Positions 57,047 through 64,000 of a DNA stretch of 64,000 nucleotides are shown here, piece by piece. This DNA is from Escherichia coli O127:H6 str. E2348/69 (GTDB taxonomy: Bacteria > Pseudomonadota > Gammaproteobacteria > Enterobacterales > Enterobacteriaceae). The notes below the pieces were generated by a model, which was not told where the DNA came from, made no database searches, and saw only the letters and a list, made by a program, of their open reading frames with translations. Positions within the stretch are counted from its first letter, which is position 1, and every line of letters starts with the position of its first letter. Where the stretch lies: NCBI RefSeq assembly GCF_000026545.1, contig NC_011601.1. One strand, written 5' to 3'. The translations under genes were made by a program, and so were the position numbers.

Positions 57047-57279
57047 CAGTCAGTGTTTCTGGTTAACCAGCGACGCGCGCCAGCTTCAGTTTTAAACGTT
57101 TTGCTTCTGGTATACGTCATCGCGGTAAACGTGCCGTCCTGGTTGGGGAACACGCCACATACCAGAGATTCGTTGTTGCCAAGATTGAGCATATCCATGT
57201 TGACCTCATTTCCCCTTAACGCCGGGGTAGCGGAACAAAAACCTGCTGCATAGTTATTAAAGTTGAACCCTGCCGTCAT
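57046..57279 (-). CDS. Hypothetical prophage protein, first gene of leftward early transcript (77 aa)
   Basis: Position equals N/first pL gene; C-terminal basic patch RSKTFKTEAGARRWLTRN. Confidence 0.5.
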   Translation of the reverse strand: MTAGFNFNNYAAGFCSATPALRGNEVNMDMLNLGNNESLVCGVFPNQDGTFTAMTYTRSKTFKTEAGARRWLTRNTD

Positions 57280-57381
57280 GTTCTTACGCCTCGGGCTGGC
57301 TACTTAACCCCTGACCACTGCCTGGTAACTCGAAGTATTGCCCTGCATTCTGTGGGGCGGGGTGGGTTGGTATGAAAAGAA

Positions 57382-57424
57382 GGATACCCATAGGTATTTA
57401 AAAAGTAAATACCTATGGGTAAAT
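57382..57424. promoter_or_regulatory. Pair of TACC-N4-GGTA dyads (candidate OL-type operator and/or repressor-gene terminator)
   Basis: TACCCATAGGTA (57385-96) and its reverse complement TACCTATGGGTA (57410-21), separated by AAAAAGT. Confidence 0.5.
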
Positions 57425-57463
57425 TTTTGCGGTGTCTTAACTGGTGACTAGTTGTTTGGTGAG

Positions 57464-57883
57464 CTATGATGCGTTTTGTGCTTTCTTTTTACGGATTTCT
57501 TCGTAGATCATATTGTAATACTGTTTTTTCTCTTCAAGAGTTTTTAATAATTTATCCGCTTCACTTTCTGGCAGTTCGTCTAAGAGATCTAAAAAAATAC
57601 GTTGTCGTGGCGTTAGAACCCTTGTTTCATAACTGGAGGCTGTGTTCGTTGATGATGAAACGATACCATCCATCCATCCCCGGGGTAACCCAAAGGACTC
57701 TTCGATAATCTCCACCATATCATCAGCGATCCGTTTTTTTCCCTTTTTCCCCTCTGGGTACAACATTCTTGATACATAAGAAGGCTCGCGCCCGATCTTT
57801 CTGGCCACGTTAACCGCTTTACCATCGCATTTCTCATCACGAATTTTGATGAGTTGCTGTCGTCTAAATTCATATTTGTCCAT
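57464..57883 (-). CDS. Putative prophage repressor (short HTH protein in cI position)
   Basis: 139 aa, HTH-like segment AVNVARKIGREPSYVSRM, divergent from Cro-like gene. Confidence 0.55.
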   Translation of the reverse strand: MDKYEFRRQQLIKIRDEKCDGKAVNVARKIGREPSYVSRMLYPEGKKGKKRIADDMVEIIEESFGLPRGWMDGIVSSSTNTASSYETRVLTPRQRIFLDLLDELPESEADKLLKTLEEKKQYYNMIYEEIRKKKAQNAS

Positions 57884-57902
57884 AGGTAAATAATAGATGC
57901 GA

Positions 57903-57955
57903 TTACCGCAAGGTAAACAACCTGTGGGTATTGGTTTTTGTTTACCTGCGGGTAT
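57903..57955. promoter_or_regulatory. Divergent promoter/operator region with two TACC-N4-GGTA dyads
   Basis: TTACCGCAAGGTAA (57903-16) and TTACCTGCGGGTAT (57942-55) between repressor and Cro-like gene. Confidence 0.55.
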
Positions 57956-57983
57956 TCTTTGCTGTGTTTACTAAGGAGTAGCT

Positions 57984-58265
57984 ATGGAAGAATTAAGAAT
58001 ATTTCTCAATTCTCTTTCGTCAGATGAACAGCGTATGTTTGCATGCGAGTGTGGTACCAGCATCGGTTATCTAAGAAAGGCATTGAGTAAAGGTCAAGTG
58101 TTAGGGGCATCGTTATGTGTCCTTATTGAGCGAGCCAGTAATGGTGAAGTTACACGTCAGCAACTAAGGCCTTTTGATTGGATGAATATTTGGCCCGAGC
58201 TGGAAGATACCAAAACGTTAACACAACCACTTTCTAGGAGCTTGATTCATGAAAATCAAGCATGA
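57984..58265 (+). CDS. Cro/YdaS-like HTH regulator
   Basis: 93 aa; motif ...GEVTRQQLRPFDW resembles YdaS-family Cro-like proteins. Confidence 0.6.
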   Translation: MEELRIFLNSLSSDEQRMFACECGTSIGYLRKALSKGQVLGASLCVLIERASNGEVTRQQLRPFDWMNIWPELEDTKTLTQPLSRSLIHENQA

Positions 58266-58674
58266 ACACATCCGCATGGCGATGAATGTCTGGGCGCATC
58301 CGGACGGCGAAAAAGTGCCGGCTGCGAAAATTACCAAAGCGTATTTCGAGCTGGGAATGACGTTCCCGGAACTGTATGACGACAGCCATCCGGAAGCCCT
58401 GGCCCGTAATACCCAGAAAATTTTCCGTTGGCTGGATAAAGACACCCCTGATGCTGTTGAAAAAATGCAGGCTCTGTTACCGGCGATCGAAAAGGCGATG
58501 CCGCCTTTGCTGGTGGCCCGTATGCGCAGCCACAGTTCTGAATATTACCGTGAGATCGTCGAACGGAGGGATCGGCTGGTGAAGGATGTCGATGATTTTG
58601 TTGCGTCAGCGGTTGTTTTGTATGACCAGATGAATCGCGGCGGCCCGGCAGGGAATGCTGTGGTGATGCACTAA
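58249..58674 (+). CDS. YdaT-like (CII-position) prophage regulator
   Basis: 141 aa beginning MKIKHEHI as in YdaT family; overlaps Cro-like gene 3' end. Confidence 0.6.
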   Translation: MKIKHEHIRMAMNVWAHPDGEKVPAAKITKAYFELGMTFPELYDDSHPEALARNTQKIFRWLDKDTPDAVEKMQALLPAIEKAMPPLLVARMRSHSSEYYREIVERRDRLVKDVDDFVASAVVLYDQMNRGGPAGNAVVMH

Positions 58675-58681
58675 AAGCACG

Positions 58682-59659
58682 GTGTTCGGGGGTTTTATGA
58701 GCAGCAAGCTTCATGGTCTTGTCTGGGAAGGGTGCGCCTTCACCGGCATGATCTTATCCAGGGGGGCGGTTATGGCCCGTCTTGCAGACTACAGCAATGA
58801 CGAGGGCGTGTCATGGCCTGCCATTGAAACTATCCGGCGTCAGATCGGTGCAAGAAGTGAATCCACAGTGAAATCGGCTATTGCAGAACTGGCGAAAGAG
58901 GGCTGGCTGACGAAGGAAGAGCGTAAGGTCGGTGGGCGTAATGTAAGCAATATCTATCGGCTTAATGTGGAAAAACTCGAAGCAGCTGCGGCGGCGGCGC
59001 GTGAGTCATATAAACCGAAAAGAAAAATTAGCCCGGCAAAAAATGACCCGTTAACAGTTGACCCGTCAAATATTGACCCCTCAACGGTTGACCCGTCAAA
59101 TTTTGATGGATCAACTGTTGATAAAAAACTGCCGATTAGGGGGGCGATGATTGACCCCGATCCGTCAGTATTAAAACCTGATCCGTCAGATAAAAGATCT
59201 TCTTGTCCGGACGCTTCGCAACCGGACCCGCAGACGGCTGAACAGGATTTTTTAACCCGACACCCTGACGCGGTTGTGTTCAGTGCGAAAAAACGCCAGT
59301 GGGGAAGTCAGGAAGATTTGGTGTGCGCACAGTGGATCTGGGGACGAATCGTGAGTCTTTACGAGCAGGCGGCCAGCTATGATGGCGAGATCACTAGACC
59401 GAAAGAACCCAACTGGACAGCATGGGCCAATGACGTTCGCACAATGCGGATGCTGGATGGCAGAACTCACAGACAAATTTGTGAAATGTTTGGGCGTCTC
59501 CAGCGGGATTCGTTCTGGGTAAAAAACATCATGAGTCCGGCAAAACTCCGGGAAAAATGGGATGAACTGGTTATCCGCCTGGGGCGTTCGCCTGCGCAGC
59601 GTTGCGTGAATCACATTTCTGAACCGGACACTGAAATTCCGCCGGGCTTCAGGGGGTAA
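58682..59659 (+). CDS. Phage replication initiation protein (O-like, N-terminal HTH)
   Basis: Position after cro/cII; N-terminal winged-helix-like region; Pro/Asp-rich repeats VDPSNIDPSTVDPSNFD; start 58682 (GTG) or 58697 (ATG). Confidence 0.6.
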   Translation: MFGGFMSSKLHGLVWEGCAFTGMILSRGAVMARLADYSNDEGVSWPAIETIRRQIGARSESTVKSAIAELAKEGWLTKEERKVGGRNVSNIYRLNVEKLEAAAAAARESYKPKRKISPAKNDPLTVDPSNIDPSTVDPSNFDGSTVDKKLPIRGAMIDPDPSVLKPDPSDKRSSCPDASQPDPQTAEQDFLTRHPDAVVFSAKKRQWGSQEDLVCAQWIWGRIVSLYEQAASYDGEITRPKEPNWTAWANDVRTMRMLDGRTHRQICEMFGRLQRDSFWVKNIMSPAKLREKWDELVIRLGRSPAQRCVNHISEPDTEIPPGFRG

Positions 59660-59699
59660 GTGTTAATTTCTGGTCATGAGGTAATTTTCAGGAGGGCTT

Positions 59700-60122
59700 G
59701 TGGCAAAAGTTTTTACACAAGAAGAGCGGGAAAAAATTAAAGGGCAGGTTGTTGAACTCGTACGCCAGAGTGGGCGCGAGACGTTACGACAACTGGAAAC
59801 TAAAACTGGGGCAACAAGATATCTGATGAGCGTTCTGGCCAGAGAGCTGGTTGCCAGTGGCGATGTATACAACTCTGGTTACGGGTTATTCCCGTCTGAA
59901 CAGGCGCGTAAGGACTGGCAAAATGCCCGTAAAAAGCTCTCAAGGGCAAAGCTGAAGAAACCATCTGCGGTTGATCCGGACCTTATCTGGTCATTACCTG
60001 ACGGAGAAATACGTCGCTACGACAGGCGTCAGAACATAATCTGTCGCGAGTGCCGGAAGAGCGAAGCTATGCAGCGCGTACTGGCGTTTTATCAGGGGAA
60101 TTTTGAGGAGGTGGTGCGGTGA
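59700..60122 (+). CDS. Hypothetical protein in the P/helicase-loader position
   Basis: 140 aa, GTG start, basic, CRECRK motif; no ATPase motif seen. Confidence 0.45.
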   Translation: MAKVFTQEEREKIKGQVVELVRQSGRETLRQLETKTGATRYLMSVLARELVASGDVYNSGYGLFPSEQARKDWQNARKKLSRAKLKKPSAVDPDLIWSLPDGEIRRYDRRQNIICRECRKSEAMQRVLAFYQGNFEEVVR

Positions 60123-60365
60123 GTGAATCAAAATGCCAGGTTAATGGCAACAAGATAGAACCATGTGCAGCACTGGCAAAGTCCCTTGAGCGTGATGCTG
60201 AATACACGATGCGAAAAGGTCTGCTGATATACAAAATCTGAAATGAGAGTTTAACTCGCGGTCCTGATTTTGTGATGTTGCGTTCCGGTGAATTTTCTAA
60301 ATTACCAGTTCGGGTTTCATTTTGTCCGTTCTGTGGTGAAAGTCTGAAAACGTGGGAGAACAGAA

Positions 60366-60677
60366 ATGAATGAAATTAAAGAAATACCAGTAGTACGTGA
60401 TGAATATGGCTGCTGGACGCATCCTGAATATGAAAAATTCTGTGACGGTCGGGAATATATTTCAACGGAAGAGTTTAACGCCTGGATGGAGGAAAATAAT
60501 CTTCAATACGTCCTCTGCTTCAGAGATGAAGGATGTGCTGACCTTGATGCGTGTGATGCTGATATTTCTGCATGGGAACCGGAACGACCAGAGGGCAATG
60601 GATGGTTTATTGGTTCAATACATGACACCGAAGATGGCCCGGTTTGTGTATGGCTGAGAAATAAGGTCGAAGCATAA
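60366..60677 (+). CDS. Hypothetical acidic Cys-containing prophage protein (nin-region type)
   Basis: 103 aa, strong ORF with good start context. Confidence 0.5.
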   Translation: MNEIKEIPVVRDEYGCWTHPEYEKFCDGREYISTEEFNAWMEENNLQYVLCFRDEGCADLDACDADISAWEPERPEGNGWFIGSIHDTEDGPVCVWLRNKVEA

Positions 60678-60809
60678 AGGCTATAAACCGACTAACAACT
60701 AAATACTGAAGATTTAAATCAGAAACGATTTTTATTAAATCCTTAACCGGAGGGATTCCTGCACCCTCAAATCATCAGGAGGCCGCCCGAAAGGGCGGTG
60801 GAGATAATA

Positions 60810-61331
60810 ATGGGAATAACTAAAGAACGATTGTTGGAAATAGCAAACCTTAGTGATTGGGCATTAAGTGATGAGAGAATTGTTTCTCCTCATGCTTATG
60901 AGTCAGTTACAAGTATAGAAATAACAACAATGGCTAGAATGCTGCTTGGTTATTTCAAAATAGAAAATAAAAAACAGATGGATAGTAATGTTGATATATG
61001 TGAGATTTTAGACGATTGGGGGGCTTGGGTTGTGGCTGGTAATAGTTCTATTGATTGGCAGGAAATAGCTGATAAATATAAAAATGTTGTTCCTCATGGT
61101 AAAAAATCACGTCGTCAGTGCAGCAATGATGAAGGGCGAATTATTGACATTAGTATCCTTAGGTTAGAAAGATATAAGCAACAAGAATATGAGTTAATTG
61201 TTGCTCATTTCGTGATTGGTTTATCTCTTCGTGCTATTGCAAAGCAACAAGGATGTTCAGATGGAACAATTCGTAAAAGATTGCAAAAAGCCTTAGGTTT
61301 TTTGACTGGATATATAGCAATTACCAGTTAA
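60810..61331 (+). CDS. Q: Late-gene antitermination protein Q (933W/H-19B-type Q family)
   Basis: Matches recalled 933W-type Q: WGAW, SRRQCSNDEG, and C-terminal HTH GLSLRAIAKQQGCSDGTIRKRLQKALGFL. Confidence 0.75.
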   Translation: MGITKERLLEIANLSDWALSDERIVSPHAYESVTSIEITTMARMLLGYFKIENKKQMDSNVDICEILDDWGAWVVAGNSSIDWQEIADKYKNVVPHGKKSRRQCSNDEGRIIDISILRLERYKQQEYELIVAHFVIGLSLRAIAKQQGCSDGTIRKRLQKALGFLTGYIAITS

Positions 61332-61969
61332 GAGTCAGCGGTTTTTTTACCAGTGTAATGGTATAAGGATACTCCCATGTGTCTTACATGATATGGAAGC
61401 GCTGTTGCTGGATGCTTTGTGATACTCTTAAAGCGGAGGGGAGAGCCTTCCGCTTCAATTTCTGCGTCCGAAACGGTCGTAGAGAAAAATTCTTTCCATT
61501 CATTGAATTTTACTGCTGATTTGTCAGACTTTATATAAATTAGAATTCCTCCATGATCGTCACGTGACGTACCCGTGCCGTAACGTTCGGTTAGCTGAAT
61601 CCAGCCATTATGAATAGATTTGGGGCCTCTCCATAATTTTGCTTCACCGATCCATTCGAATTTTCCGAATTGATGTTTAACTAATAAATCAACGTGACCG
61701 CCATGTTGAGTATCATGTTCAACATCATAAAACCTACCTTTCAGGAAATTTTTGATCGACGCTGTTAGCTCGTCCTCTCCCCACTTAGCATCTTGATAGA
61801 AGTGTTTGTCATTTTCTAAATTCTGAATAGCGTCGTCTAAATCTTCATAGAGTTGCTTTACAAAAATATTTTTGTCTGCAGCTAATTTTCTTTGAACCAT
61901 TCCCCTAAATTCAGGATCCATTCTAATTAATGATTGAAGGTCTGCAGTACAGATGTTTACATCACTCAT
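61328..61969 (-). CDS. Cassette gene C: predicted PD-(D/E)xK-like nuclease (213 aa)
   Basis: ATG 61969 overlaps stop of gene B; motif GEDE...HVDLLV...EWIGEAK (E, D, ExK spacing typical of restriction-endonuclease fold); AT-rich. Confidence 0.6.
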   Translation of the reverse strand: MSDVNICTADLQSLIRMDPEFRGMVQRKLAADKNIFVKQLYEDLDDAIQNLENDKHFYQDAKWGEDELTASIKNFLKGRFYDVEHDTQHGGHVDLLVKHQFGKFEWIGEAKLWRGPKSIHNGWIQLTERYGTGTSRDDHGGILIYIKSDKSAVKFNEWKEFFSTTVSDAEIEAEGSPLRFKSITKHPATALPYHVRHMGVSLYHYTGKKTADS

Positions 61970-62390
61970 GCAGACTCTCCAAAAGACTCGAAGGAGTAAA
62001 GTATGGATAAAGATACTGGCTAAAATTATCAACCAATTCGCCAGTTTCTGGATGGTAAAAACTTCCTGTGTCTAAAGCATAGGAAATAAGATCATCTTCA
62101 ACTGGTATTGGTTCTTCCGTTAAATTATCAATGTATTGAAAATGCATATCCAATAGATGTGCTTTATAGCTAGATAAATAATCAGTTGCTTTTATTAGCA
62201 GGATATAGCCATCTTTCGTATCAGTTAGATAGGTTAAACCATTGATAAGGGTTTTGTATGTAAAGTGATTGATATTTTTAGCATCTTTACTAACCAGAAA
62301 AAGAAAAAGATCACGACACACACTGCGAACAGGATCATTAAAATCCTGCTCTATTTGCGTGATAATGTCGTGATATATACTCTTTTTCAT
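61962..62390 (-). CDS. Cassette gene B: hypothetical protein (142 aa)
   Basis: ATG overlaps stop of gene A (ATGA); no recognised motif; AT-rich. Confidence 0.6.
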   Translation of the reverse strand: MKKSIYHDIITQIEQDFNDPVRSVCRDLFLFLVSKDAKNINHFTYKTLINGLTYLTDTKDGYILLIKATDYLSSYKAHLLDMHFQYIDNLTEEPIPVEDDLISYALDTGSFYHPETGELVDNFSQYLYPYFTPSSLLESLHE

Positions 62391-63478
62391 TTATGGCCTG
62401 ATGATCTCGCTCTTCTTTTCTCTTCACAGGACTTAACAGAATCCAATATTTTTTCAACAATAAATATAATCGAATCAATGTTGTTACAGTTCTTCGCAAT
62501 TGCTTCATGCAACCTAATTCTAGGATTATCAAGCATTGTCCTTTTTCCTGGTAATATTAACTCTACTGATAAAATATGTGAAGAACTTTGTGGTAAATCC
62601 CAAATTTTTCCCAACTTAAACTTTGTCAATATTGGGCTTGCGGACTCTCCACTATGATGGTAAACATCTTGACGCAAACACTTTTGACTTGGTTTGAGTT
62701 TTAAAGAACTTGTATTGCCATCTGAGGTGATAAAAGATACATGAGAAATTCTGCCATCTACTTTTTCGTAAAGATCTTGTATTGAACCAAATAATTCAAG
62801 AGGATTGTTTAAAATAACGCCAGCTTCTTTTTTTATAAATTTAGCCACAAGGTATTGTTGAGGCTGTGATTCACTTCTTGGAAGGATAGATAAATCAATC
62901 GTAAGAATTAATATTTTTTCTGCAGGCATTAGCATGATGGTATTAAAGCATTGCGTGACTTGGCGTGTTTTGCATTTTATTTCTCCACCATTAGCACGTA
63001 ATTCCATACCCGCATCGCTAAGATGTGTTGGGTCAAGCTCTATCACTTCAGTGTAATACGCTTTGGATAAAAAAACAGCAGTGTCAATTTGTTTATCACG
63101 AATGATATCTTGACGTAGTTCAGCAAAATGCAGCTCAGTATCAGCAACTAACAGCTCCTCTCTGGATAAAGGAATTGGGTATTTTTCTGAGAAGGGGCTA
63201 TTGTCCTTTTTCTGATTTGTGAAAATTGTTTGTAATTTTGCTACGTCTTCATCGGTGATTCTATAAATAGAAAGTAATCGATTCCCGCTAAAAATTAAAC
63301 CTTTCCAGAAATCGTCGATTCTGTCTTTTAGGTCGGGATTATGCTGAACTACACTATTTACACGTTCAATAAAAAGGGGTAATCCTTGGGCCGTTACACC
63401 CAGTGATGAACCAAGAAGCTTACGGGTGTTGCGCCAGCCAAAGCGTGAATTGATGTTTTTTACTGTTTGCTCAAGCAT
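62387..63478 (-). CDS. Cassette gene A: hypothetical protein (363 aa)
   Basis: ATG 63478 preceded by AAGGAAG; no Walker A or other motif recognised; AT-rich. Confidence 0.6.
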   Translation of the reverse strand: MLEQTVKNINSRFGWRNTRKLLGSSLGVTAQGLPLFIERVNSVVQHNPDLKDRIDDFWKGLIFSGNRLLSIYRITDEDVAKLQTIFTNQKKDNSPFSEKYPIPLSREELLVADTELHFAELRQDIIRDKQIDTAVFLSKAYYTEVIELDPTHLSDAGMELRANGGEIKCKTRQVTQCFNTIMLMPAEKILILTIDLSILPRSESQPQQYLVAKFIKKEAGVILNNPLELFGSIQDLYEKVDGRISHVSFITSDGNTSSLKLKPSQKCLRQDVYHHSGESASPILTKFKLGKIWDLPQSSSHILSVELILPGKRTMLDNPRIRLHEAIAKNCNNIDSIIFIVEKILDSVKSCEEKRRARSSGHK

Positions 63479-63824
63479 TAACACTTCCTTAATTTTCCCT
63501 TAACAATTTAGGGTGCTAAACTTTTTTGCGCAGTTTACATAAAAAAATAGTGCGTACGCAAAAACTATCTAACATGATGAGCTTTAACCGGGAAATTTGT
63601 ATATGTTGTGAGCATAAAGTTGGCTGAGAAATCTAAAACGGGTAGAATGACTGCGGGTGCTTGAGGCTATCTGTCTCAGGCATGAACACCAAAAGGCAGA
63701 TAGAGAAAAGCCCCAGTTAACATTACGCGTCCGGCAAGACGCTTAACATTAATCTGAGGCCATATCTATGCTCTACACACGTAGGTTAGCCTCTTACGTG
63801 CCGAAAGGCAAGGAGAAGCAGGCT

Positions 63825-63980
63825 ATGAAGCAGCAAAAGGCGATGTTAATCGCCCTGATCGTCATCTGTTTAACCGTCATAATGACGGCACTGGTAACGA
63901 GGAAAGACCTCTGCGAGGTACGAATCCGAACCGGCCAGACGGAGGTCGCTGTCTTCACAGCTTACGAACCTGAGGAGTAA
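63825..63980 (+). CDS. hokD: Hok/Gef-family type I toxin (HokD/RelF-like)
   Basis: 51 aa MKQQKAMLIALIVICLTVIMTALVTRKDLCEVRIRTGQTEVAVFTAYEPEE; in-frame upstream extension from 63768 (mok-like). Confidence 0.9.
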   Translation: MKQQKAMLIALIVICLTVIMTALVTRKDLCEVRIRTGQTEVAVFTAYEPEE

Positions 63981-64000
63981 GAGACCAGGCGGGGGAGAAT

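Noticed and set aside
56633-57279. Calling the genes downstream of the repressor RexA/RexB
   Set aside because: Sizes and sequences do not fit RexA/RexB, and the operator-like dyads lie between the repressor and these genes, so they are more likely the first genes of the leftward early transcript

Overview
This window reads as an Escherichia coli-type chromosomal segment in the conserved order sirB2-sirB1-kdsA-ldr-chaABC-ychN-ychO-narLX-narK-narGHJI ... tRNA-Tyr-purU-ychJ-rssAB-galU-hns-tdk-(IS4-like remnant)-adhE-ychE-oppABCDF-yciU-clsA-yciY-kch-yciI-tonB-yciABC-ompW. Gene identities come from reading the translated ORFs and recognising the proteins from memory; no database search was run. 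Two accessory blocks interrupt this backbone. (1) A seven-gene lipid-type enzyme cluster (18472-25353) sits between narI and a single tRNA-Tyr. (2) A lambdoid prophage starts immediately after ompW (about 51430) and runs past the window end, with integrase, excisionase, DEDDh exonuclease, ydfD/dicB/dicF, a repressor/Cro/YdaT switch, a replication gene, a 933W-type antiterminator Q and a hok toxin. The most interesting element is inside the prophage: a visibly AT-rich, translationally coupled three-gene operon on the minus strand (61328-63478) wedged between Q and hok. Two of its proteins have no motif I recognise and the third has a PD-(D/E)xK-like nuclease signature, so it is my lead candidate for an undescribed anti-phage or abortive-infection system. 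Secondary candidates are the small genes in the prophage immunity region and the lipid cluster, which resembles Ole-type head-to-head condensation machinery.
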